This document shows positions 29,385-37,021 of a stretch of DNA of 59,566 nt, piece after piece. The stretch comes from a virus. Lineage: Duplodnaviria; Caudoviricetes. The position numbers and the translations under genes are program-made. Below the pieces are notes generated by a model. The model did no database searches and was not told where the DNA came from. It saw only the letters and a program-made list of their open reading frames with translations. Where the stretch lies: positions 1 through 59,566 of IMG/VR virus record IMGVR_UViG_3300046796_000573; one strand, given 5' to 3'. The stretch's first letter is position 1; each line of letters opens with the position of its first letter.

Positions 29385-29971
29385 GGAACCCACCCGGCCG
29401 TTCCCAGGTAGCGCTGCACCTTGCTCCGCTCCGTGCCCAGCACGATCAGCGCGGAGCCGTGCATCGGCTGCTTCCCGCGCTCGAAGCCCGGCGTGCCGTC
29501 CAGCGCCATCTGCCCGGTGTGCAGCATGAAGCGCACGCGGTCGCGCAGCAGCACCACCGATGTGCTCGAGCGCCGCCACTCCTCGGCGAAGAGCTTCGGC
29601 GTGCGCACCTGCACCATCGCGAGTTGGTCGATCGAGTAGGCGAAGAAGACGGCCCACCCGATGAGGCCCTTGCTGTACGAGCGCACCAGCTTGTCCCACC
29701 ACGGCCCGGGCGGGCTGGGCGGGTTCAGCCAGACCGACGGCGCTTCCCACGTGTCGCCGGCCAGGCCGTCGTCGGCCTCCGTCATGAAGCGATCCGCCTT
29801 CACCAGGTGGTTCGCCACCGCGCAGCTGGCCGGGTCCAGCGCGAACCTGCCGTCCAGCATGCTGCGGCATGGGTCGACGATCTCCGGTGGCGAATACCAC
29901 TCGCTGGAGATCGGCTCCGCGACGTAGTGCTGGAACAGCGCGCCCACACCTGCACCGCGCTTGCGGCTCAC
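29381..29971 (-). CDS. Phage DNA N6-adenine methyltransferase-like (Dam family)
   Basis: EWYSP, LDPAS, DDGL...W, VWLNPPS, RVRF motifs. Confidence 0.75.
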   Translation of the reverse strand: MSRKRGAGVGALFQHYVAEPISSEWYSPPEIVDPCRSMLDGRFALDPASCAVANHLVKADRFMTEADDGLAGDTWEAPSVWLNPPSPPGPWWDKLVRSYSKGLIGWAVFFAYSIDQLAMVQVRTPKLFAEEWRRSSTSVVLLRDRVRFMLHTGQMALDGTPGFERGKQPMHGSALIVLGTERSKVQRYLGTAGWVP

Positions 29972-30462
29972 GATGCGGGCTCCTGGTACTTGGTGATGCA
30001 GGCGGCGCAGACCCAGAACGGCAGTTCCGGCGTGGTGCTGCGCGGCAGCAATGCCTGCTGCCCGTGACGCTTGTCGTAGCGGCCGCACAGCTCGCACACG
30101 TGCGGCCCGTCGATGCGCCGCAGGGCATAGAGCAGCCCGGCGCAGAAGCCGTGCTCGTACGAGTCGCGCGCCGCGCCCAGGTGCTTCGCCAGCTCCGCGT
30201 CCACCAGCTCCGCGGCGCATTGCACGCTGTCGGTCACCTTCAGCTTGATGGGCCACTCGATCGGCTTCCGCATTGCGCAGCCCTGGAAGTGCCGGCGCGG
30301 GTCGGCAGCCTGGATCGCATTGCAGGTGCAGCGCTCCGGCTCCTTGCCCGGGCAGTCCTCCACGTCGGTGTTCGGATCGAATGCACCGCACAGCGTGCAG
30401 AACGGCCCGCGCGTGCCCAGCTGGTAGCTGACGTTCTCGCCGACCTCGATAACGTGCTTCAT
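29968..30462 (-). CDS. Cys-rich hypothetical protein
   Basis: Several CxxC pairs; coupled. Confidence 0.55.
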   Translation of the reverse strand: MKHVIEVGENVSYQLGTRGPFCTLCGAFDPNTDVEDCPGKEPERCTCNAIQAADPRRHFQGCAMRKPIEWPIKLKVTDSVQCAAELVDAELAKHLGAARDSYEHGFCAGLLYALRRIDGPHVCELCGRYDKRHGQQALLPRSTTPELPFWVCAACITKYQEPAS

Positions 30463-31403
30463 GACCGCACCTCGATTCCGTCCACGTCCGCGTACCCGGG
30501 CACCTGGCGCACGCGCAGCATCGGCTCGAACTCGTCGATGTCGCCGCCCTTCTTCTCCTTCAGCTTCACCGGGCGCGACCATTGCGGCTCGAACACCAGC
30601 CGCGGGTTCACGTCCTCGCGCAGGCCGTCCGGCGTCCAGTCGTAGGGCTGCTCGCCGTACTGCTTGACGAACGGGGCCACCCCATTCTCGAGGCAGTCGT
30701 GGACGATGTTGCGCACCCACGACAGATGCATCGGGCGCGCGCCAGGGCCGCTCTCGCCGCCAACGATCACCCAATCGGGCCCGCCCACCACCAGGTAATC
30801 GCTGATGTCGACGCTCTCGAGGAGCGGCTCCATCGAATAGAACTTGACCGGCGCAGGCACCTTGAACAGGTGCGGCGCACGCTCGGCCAGGCGCTCCTCG
30901 TCTTCGATCGTGGTGCCGGCCCAGGCATTACCAGGCCACCGATCTGCCCACGATGCAGGCGCGAGCCGGACCATGTTCTGCGGCCGCTTGGTGAGCAGCA
31001 GCCAGTCCAGGCTCGGTGTCTTCGCGATCAGGTCGAACAGCCGCGCGCGCGGTGCCACCAGATCGGGACGGTCCTCGAAGACGTCTGCGAGCGACGCGCA
31101 GAACACGCGGCGCCTGCGCCCCTTCGGGCCGTAGCCCTCCGCCTCGCGCTGCCAACGCAGCGGCTGATTCCAATACGACTCGACGCGCATCAGGCGCGGG
31201 GCCTTCACGCCCCAGTGCTCGCCGCGCTCCACGTCCTTGGTCATGTCCAGCGCCTGGAGCAGCCGCTTCTCTGCCGGGCGCGGGTGGAAGCGCGCGTTGC
31301 GCTCCTCCGCGTAGCAGTGCTTGCAGCCCGGGCTGACCTTCGCGCAGCCTTCCCACGGATTGAAGGTGTGGTGCGCCCACTGAATCTTCGTGTCGGCTCC
31401 CAT
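30459..31403 (-). CDS. DUF5131 (phage Gp37/Gp68) family protein
   Basis: TKIQW..HTFNPWEGCAKVSPGCKHCYAE, VFCASLADVF, LLTKRP, SMEPLL, WVIVGGESG, FVKQ. Confidence 0.9.
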   Translation of the reverse strand: MGADTKIQWAHHTFNPWEGCAKVSPGCKHCYAEERNARFHPRPAEKRLLQALDMTKDVERGEHWGVKAPRLMRVESYWNQPLRWQREAEGYGPKGRRRRVFCASLADVFEDRPDLVAPRARLFDLIAKTPSLDWLLLTKRPQNMVRLAPASWADRWPGNAWAGTTIEDEERLAERAPHLFKVPAPVKFYSMEPLLESVDISDYLVVGGPDWVIVGGESGPGARPMHLSWVRNIVHDCLENGVAPFVKQYGEQPYDWTPDGLREDVNPRLVFEPQWSRPVKLKEKKGGDIDEFEPMLRVRQVPGYADVDGIEVRS

Positions 31404-31405
31404 GG

Positions 31406-31879
31406 CTACGCCTCCACCCCAGCGCTGCGGCGCTGCACGCAGGTGACGCACGGGCAGTGCACGTCCCACCATTCCGTCTCCGCGTCGGCGAAGGCGTCGT
31501 TCAGCTGCTTCTGCACCTTGGCGATCTCCGGCGGGATGTGCCCCACCGTGCGGGCCTCGCCGAGCTTGGTGTCGCCCACCACGCGGCCGACGATGGCGCC
31601 CAGCAGGTTCTTCGCGATGGGCGCTAGCTCGATGGCCGCGATCGCGCTCAGCAGCGTCAGCCGCGCCGTGCTGGGCAACGCCTGCCCGCGGGCGGTGATC
31701 ATCGTGGTGCAGTGGATCACGCGCCACACGTCCCGCGCGTACGCCGCACCGGAGCGCGCAGCTGCGGCGCCCAGCTTGGGCAGCATCACCCGCAGCTCCT
31801 CGGTGGGCGTGTTCTCGTCGATCGTCACGGTCCAGTCTTCGAGCACGCCACCGGCCTGCTCCTCGTGCATTGCTTCCAT
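31406..31879 (-). CDS. Hypothetical protein
   Basis: AGGAG RBS; C-term HCPCVTC. Confidence 0.6.
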   Translation of the reverse strand: MEAMHEEQAGGVLEDWTVTIDENTPTEELRVMLPKLGAAAARSGAAYARDVWRVIHCTTMITARGQALPSTARLTLLSAIAAIELAPIAKNLLGAIVGRVVGDTKLGEARTVGHIPPEIAKVQKQLNDAFADAETEWWDVHCPCVTCVQRRSAGVEA

Positions 31880-31910
31880 CGTCCGCTCCTAGCCTGGGGA
31901 TGAGCCCCCA

Positions 31911-31945
31911 CCACGGCCGTCGATCGCACCGACGGGCATCCGTGG
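31911..31945 (-). promoter_or_regulatory. Conserved bulged RNA hairpin, copy A
   Basis: CCACGG-atgc-CCGTCG-gtgcgat-CGACGG-CCGTGG on - strand; same architecture as 36983-37017. Confidence 0.55.
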
Positions 31946-31949
31946 AGGT

Positions 31950-32279
31950 TCAGCCGAACAGTTTCTTGATCTCGGCCAGCACCTTCTCGCGCTCGCGCTT
32001 GGCGCCGCGCTCCTCTGCGTCGTGGAGCGCCTGCGCCATGTCGCTGATGGTCAGCAGCGCCTCGCCGCGCTCGCCCAGCCGCACGCCCGACACGATGCTG
32101 ATCGTCCAGCGTTCGGGCGCGGGCTGGTATGGCCTGCCGTACTGGACGTTCCTGGCCTCCACCACCACGCCCAGGTCGACGTCGCCGTGCTCCGTCATCA
32201 GCACCAGCTTCGTGCCGTAGAACGGATCGCTCGGCGGTGGCGTGCCACCGGTGCTCGCGAATGCCAGGCGCGCCTTCAT
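31950..32279 (-). CDS. Hypothetical protein
   Basis: ATGA coupling. Confidence 0.55.
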   Translation of the reverse strand: MKARLAFASTGGTPPPSDPFYGTKLVLMTEHGDVDLGVVVEARNVQYGRPYQPAPERWTISIVSGVRLGERGEALLTISDMAQALHDAEERGAKREREKVLAEIKKLFG

Positions 32280-33436
32280 GACTGCGGGGTCCAGTCTGCC
32301 GGCGGCTCGTCAACGCCCGGGCGCGGCGCTCCCGCAGGCGCGTCCGCCGGCGGTGCCTGCGCCTTGGGGGCCTCATCCGCCGGTGCGTCCTTGGCGGGCC
32401 CCTGGCGCTTGGCGTCGGCCTGCTTCTTGGCCTCGTCGGCCTTGGCCTTCACCTTGTCGGCGGCCGACTTCACCTTCTTGGCGGTCTCCTCGGCCTTCTT
32501 CTTCGCACCGGCGTCGGCGTCGGGCTCGACGTTCTTCATGGCCACCAGCTCGGCCCAGCGCAGCTCGCCGTCCTTCAGCGACTGGTAGATGCCCCGCAGC
32601 TCGAGCAGCTCGGCCGGGTCGAGCCCGGCCACCGGCTTCAGCAGGTACTCGGCGAGCATGGCCGGTGTGATGCCGATCGCGGCGAACGCGTCGATGAGGC
32701 GCTTGCGCTCCCCCTCGGGGTCGTCCTTGATCTTCTTCGTGAGCGTCTCCACCACCACCTCCATCGCCTCTTCGACCAGGTCCGCCGGCAGCACGCGGAC
32801 GATCAGGTTGCGGATGATGATCGAGGCGAGCCGGCCCTCCTTCTGCTGGAGCTCGTCGTCGGTGGTCGGGTAGACGTACACCGCCTTGCCCGCCGTGTTC
32901 GACCGCGTGAAGAGCGGCGGAACGGCCACCTGCTTGCGCTCCTGCCCTTGGCCTTCCCACACGGTGCGGAGCTTGGACCGCTCCACCGTCTTCTCGACGG
33001 TGAAGTCCTTGCCCCACGACAGGTTCGACTCGAAGTCGGTCACGCTGGCGTGGAGCACGCGCTTCTCGTCGTCGTCCTGGAGCGTGACGATCGTGGGGTG
33101 GATGTTGCCGAACGCACGTGCAGCCGCCTCGGCGAAGCGGATGCTGGGCCCCTCGGCAAACTGGTCCTCGGCCTGGCGCGTGGCCGGGTTCCACTTCGAC
33201 CCGGTGGGCTTCTTGTAGCGCGCCTTCTCGGCGAAGCGCGGCCGCCGGCAGTCCTTCAGCACGGCGATGCGCACCTGGTCCATGTCACGCGGGAAGCGCT
33301 TCGCGATCGCGTACTGCGCCTGGACCTGCATCTGCGCGCTCGCCGCGGAAGCCGTGGCGCTGATCTCATTGCGCGGCGCCTGCATCAGCCCCGCGAACGG
33401 CGGTGCTCCGCCCTGCTCTTCGTCATGCTCGTTCAT
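32276..33436 (-). CDS. Putative single-strand annealing/recombination protein
   Basis: QAQYAIAKRFPRD, EGPSIRFAE motifs; directly downstream of YqaJ exonuclease; disordered tail. Confidence 0.5.
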   Translation of the reverse strand: MNEHDEEQGGAPPFAGLMQAPRNEISATASAASAQMQVQAQYAIAKRFPRDMDQVRIAVLKDCRRPRFAEKARYKKPTGSKWNPATRQAEDQFAEGPSIRFAEAAARAFGNIHPTIVTLQDDDEKRVLHASVTDFESNLSWGKDFTVEKTVERSKLRTVWEGQGQERKQVAVPPLFTRSNTAGKAVYVYPTTDDELQQKEGRLASIIIRNLIVRVLPADLVEEAMEVVVETLTKKIKDDPEGERKRLIDAFAAIGITPAMLAEYLLKPVAGLDPAELLELRGIYQSLKDGELRWAELVAMKNVEPDADAGAKKKAEETAKKVKSAADKVKAKADEAKKQADAKRQGPAKDAPADEAPKAQAPPADAPAGAPRPGVDEPPADWTPQS

Positions 33437-34431
33437 CACTTTGCCTTGCCCTTGGGTGCCTTGGGTTTGAACGGATAGGCGCGCGGCACACGCGACGCCT
33501 TCCCCCGGTGCTTTTCGATCAGCGCCAGCGGCACCGTGCCGCCGACATCTGTCGCCATCTCCTCCGCCACTGCCTTCCAGTCCACGCGCCCAGCGACGCG
33601 GTAATGCAGGAACTTCCCCCACGGCCCGCTGACGCCGTACTCCGACCCGACCAGCTCGATGAAGGCGTTCGTCAGCTGGTCCTCCGCGTGCTCGAGCAGC
33701 TTGCGCATCTGCGTGGCCGTCACCAGCCACGCGAACGCCTGCGCCACCGCCTCGTCCTCCACCTTGCGCAGGTGCTCCGTCTTGATGCCGCCCGGCGTGA
33801 GCGCCCGCAGTGCACGGCGCACGGCCTGCGGGTCCTCGCACGGTGGTGGCTGGTCGGCCTCGACGTACGCCGGCCACCACGCCTCGCACACGTCGATCAG
33901 CTGCTCCTCGATCTCCTGGTCGCGCTCGATGCGGATCAGGCGCAGGCCCGTGCCGCCCACCAGCGCGATCACGTCCCACCACGGCACGTCGGCCACGGCC
34001 ATGCACTGCCGCGCCTGGAGCTCCACGTGCAGCGGTGCAGTTTCGGGATCGGCCCAGTCGCTGGCCTGCGACATGCCGACGATCTTGATCTCCGCGCCAC
34101 CGGCCACACGCTTCGCGCTCGCCTTGCCCTCGACGAAGCTGTCGGGGGAGGCGAGCACGCGCTCGTGCTTGGGGTGGCGCAGCGTGGTGCCGACGGCGCG
34201 CGCCACGTTGCCCGTGCGGATGCGGTAGATGTCCCGCATCGCCTGCTCCAGGGCCAGGCCGATGAACTGCTCGTCGGTCTCGTCCTGCTCCTCGAAGGTG
34301 GTGCGCCCGGTCTTCTCCAGCCACACGTCGATCGGCGTGCTGAACGGGCTCACCTCCATCACGATGGGCGTCTCGCTGGCGCCGATGCCCGTGGCGCGGA
34401 TCGCGCGCTGCTCCGGTGTGAGGCCGCTCAC
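33436..34431 (-). CDS. YqaJ-like (lambda exonuclease family) recombination nuclease
   Basis: RATGIGASE, VWLEKTG, G..LE, LASPD, EIK motifs. Confidence 0.9.
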   Translation of the reverse strand: MSGLTPEQRAIRATGIGASETPIVMEVSPFSTPIDVWLEKTGRTTFEEQDETDEQFIGLALEQAMRDIYRIRTGNVARAVGTTLRHPKHERVLASPDSFVEGKASAKRVAGGAEIKIVGMSQASDWADPETAPLHVELQARQCMAVADVPWWDVIALVGGTGLRLIRIERDQEIEEQLIDVCEAWWPAYVEADQPPPCEDPQAVRRALRALTPGGIKTEHLRKVEDEAVAQAFAWLVTATQMRKLLEHAEDQLTNAFIELVGSEYGVSGPWGKFLHYRVAGRVDWKAVAEEMATDVGGTVPLALIEKHRGKASRVPRAYPFKPKAPKGKAK

Positions 34432-34685
34432 GCCTGACACCTAGGACAACCGAGTCGGCCGCACTCGTCGCCAGCTTCGCACCCGTTGTAGCCGTCCGTG
34501 ACGCTGCCCTGGTCCGGCGAGATCTCGACGTCATCCTCGTGCACGATGCGCGTGCCGTCGGCGGTGGCCACCTTGTAGAAGCCCTCGCCTTCGTAACCGC
34601 TGATCAGGCCCGATCGACAGTTGCGCGAGATGCGATCGGCGCCCTTGCCGCGCACGCGCACGCCCTCCTTGAACGCGGTCTTCAC
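34428..34685 (-). CDS. Small SH3-like/Cys-tail hypothetical protein
   Basis: GTG coupling; C-term CGRLGCPRC. Confidence 0.5.
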   Translation of the reverse strand: MKTAFKEGVRVRGKGADRISRNCRSGLISGYEGEGFYKVATADGTRIVHEDDVEISPDQGSVTDGYNGCEAGDECGRLGCPRCQA

Positions 34686-35086
34686 GCCGTCCTCCTGTCG
34701 CGCGGTGCCGCAGGTGCGGGCCTGGCGTGCTCGCGATCGATCGCGTGGCGCAGCGCGTGCGCCCGCTTGTCGCGCGGGCTGGGGAAGCCGCGCCAGTCGG
34801 CGACCACCATCTTGCGCATGCGCTGGAGCTTGCCGGTGGCGGACCACACGCGGACCACCAGGAAGCCGTCGTCGGGCCCCGCACCCACGGCCTGCACGTA
34901 GGCGATCCGCACCGCGTCGTGCGCGCCGTGCCGCACGTAGATGATGTCGCCGTCGTCGATCGGGTTCGCGTCCTGGTGGACGAGCTTGCCCTCGAGTGCC
35001 CGCAGCACGTCGGGCGCGTTCTCGGGATCAAGGAGCGACAGCTGCACCGCGGCCAGCACGTGCATCCGCAGATCGTCGGCGTTCAT
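34682..35086 (-). CDS. Hypothetical protein
   Basis: Coupled at both ends. Confidence 0.55.
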   Translation of the reverse strand: MNADDLRMHVLAAVQLSLLDPENAPDVLRALEGKLVHQDANPIDDGDIIYVRHGAHDAVRIAYVQAVGAGPDDGFLVVRVWSATGKLQRMRKMVVADWRGFPSPRDKRAHALRHAIDREHARPAPAAPRDRRTA

Positions 35087-36678
35087 GTGCCCGCTCCGAT
35101 CTCCACCGCGTGCGCGGGCCCAGCGTCCACGCGCGTGGCGATCAGCTGGTACCCGTCGGCGGTGGCGGCCGCGATGAAGACGGGGAGCTGCTCCTTGTCG
35201 AGCCGCTCCAGGCCGTCCACGATCACGAGCCTGGCCTTGGGGTTCAGCCGGCGCGTGATGTCCACGGCGAAGCGAACCTGCTCCGCGCCCGACAGGTGAT
35301 CGAGCGCCACGCCGTCGAGCGTGATCGTGTCGCCGTCCAGGCCCAGCCCGGGGATGCCACCCGCTGCCGCCAGCAGGGCCGCCGGTGCCTCGTTGGTGAA
35401 CGCCTTGACCGCCTGGTCCAGCTGGTATGCGGCGAGCTTGGCGGCCGCCGTGGCCTTGCGCGCCTCGTCCGCGTCGAGCTGCCCGTTCTTGGCGCGCAGC
35501 CTGGCGTTCAGCAGGGCCACCATCCCCTCCGCCTGCTTGACCGCTGCGCCCGCGGTGCGGATTGCTTCGGCCGCCTCTTCGGGCTGGGCCTGCATACCGA
35601 TCGACTCCTCGAGCTCGGCCGCCTGGCCTTCGAGATCAGCCGCCCGATCCATGCGGTCGACGGCCTGCTGTTCGCGCTCCTGGAGCCCGGCCAGCTTGCG
35701 CTGGAGCTTGTCGCGCTCCTCGCGGTGCAGCACCAGCTCGCCCTTCGCGATCTCCAGCTGCTCCTCGAACGCCTTCACCCGTGCCTCCGCACCGGCGATC
35801 GCCTCCGACACGTTGCCAGCCTGCTCGAGCACCGCGTCGATGTCCGCCGGCTGCACGGTCGGCGCAGACGCCAGGCACATGCTCGCCTCGTTGCGCAGCT
35901 GCGCCACCCTGGCGCGCGTCTTCGCGGTGCGCTCCTGGTGCGACGCTGCCGCCTCGGCGCGCGCCTGTGCCGCCGCTGCGTCCTTGCGCCTGGCCACCAG
36001 CAGCTCCTCCGCGTCGACACCCTCGGCGAGCTCGTCGAACGCCTGCACGATGTCGGGCTCGGCCACCGCCTGCGCCACCAGCTGGTCAGCGCGGGCGCAC
36101 GCGTTGGCCTCCTCCGCCTCGGCGAGTTTGTACGCCTTGTTCGCCAGCGCGCGCCGGTCGTAGAAGCCCTGGCGCAGGCGGTCCACCACCTCCAGCCCGT
36201 GGCCTGCGCACTCCGTCGCCGTCAGCGTCTCGCCCGGCGGCAGCCAGCGCTTCAGCAGCTCCGGCGTGGCCACCACGGGCATCGCGCCCAGGATCGTCGC
36301 GCGGCGCTTCTTGGGGTCGCGCTCGAACACCAGGTCCAGCGGGTCCAGCGGCGCCATGCCGAGCAGCTCCTGGAGGAAGGCCGCAGGGGCCTTCTGCACC
36401 AGGCCGTCGGCACGCATCACGCGCACGCTCTGCCCGGTGGGCGTGATCAGGCGCCGCACGGACACGTCGTCCAGGTCCACCAGGATCTCCGCCTCGTCGG
36501 CGCCCTTGCGGATGGCGGTGGGATTGGCCCCGCGCCCGGTGAGCGCGATGCGGATCGCCTCCAGGACGCTGGTCTTGCCGCTGCCGTTGCTGCCCTCGAT
36601 GATCGCGCCGTGCGGCCCGAACACGTACTCGCGTGCGTGGATGCCGAGCACGTTGCTGATCTTCACCCGGGCGATCAC
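35083..36678 (-). CDS. SMC/Rad50(SbcC)-like ATPase
   Basis: Walker A GSNGSGKTS, coiled coil, signature LSGAE, Walker B/D-loop IVDGLERLD. Confidence 0.85.
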   Translation of the reverse strand: MIARVKISNVLGIHAREYVFGPHGAIIEGSNGSGKTSVLEAIRIALTGRGANPTAIRKGADEAEILVDLDDVSVRRLITPTGQSVRVMRADGLVQKAPAAFLQELLGMAPLDPLDLVFERDPKKRRATILGAMPVVATPELLKRWLPPGETLTATECAGHGLEVVDRLRQGFYDRRALANKAYKLAEAEEANACARADQLVAQAVAEPDIVQAFDELAEGVDAEELLVARRKDAAAAQARAEAAASHQERTAKTRARVAQLRNEASMCLASAPTVQPADIDAVLEQAGNVSEAIAGAEARVKAFEEQLEIAKGELVLHREERDKLQRKLAGLQEREQQAVDRMDRAADLEGQAAELEESIGMQAQPEEAAEAIRTAGAAVKQAEGMVALLNARLRAKNGQLDADEARKATAAAKLAAYQLDQAVKAFTNEAPAALLAAAGGIPGLGLDGDTITLDGVALDHLSGAEQVRFAVDITRRLNPKARLVIVDGLERLDKEQLPVFIAAATADGYQLIATRVDAGPAHAVEIGAGT

Positions 36679-36947
36679 GGCGCACCTCCGTCCTGCATCG
36701 ACTGGCCGTGGGCCTGGCGCGCCTCTTCCTCGAGCACCGCGAGCGCGTCCTCGTAGACGGCGGCCGCCTTGGCGTGCAGGTCCGCGATCGTCGCGATGGT
36801 GATCGCGTACGGCGTGGTGGTCACGCCCATCGCCGCCAGGCGCTCGCGTGCCGCCTTCTCGCGCAGCCGCATCGCGTGCCCGTTGTCCTCGAGCCACATC
36901 ACGAGCAGGGCCCTTCCGGTGCCCGGCTTCTTCTTCGCTTCGTCCAT
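36675..36947 (-). CDS. Hypothetical protein
   Basis: AAGGAG RBS. Confidence 0.6.
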   Translation of the reverse strand: MDEAKKKPGTGRALLVMWLEDNGHAMRLREKAARERLAAMGVTTTPYAITIATIADLHAKAAAVYEDALAVLEEEARQAHGQSMQDGGAP

Positions 36948-36982
36948 GTCCCGCTCCTTGCTGCGCCGTCCTAGTGGCGCGC

Positions 36983-37017
36983 ACGCCGGGCCCGATCGCA
37001 CCGGGCCCCGCAGGCGC
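36983..37017 (-). promoter_or_regulatory. Conserved bulged RNA hairpin, copy B
   Basis: GCGCC-tgcg-GGGCCCG-gtgcgat-CGGGCCC-GGCGT on - strand. Confidence 0.55.
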
Positions 37018-37021
37018 TCCC

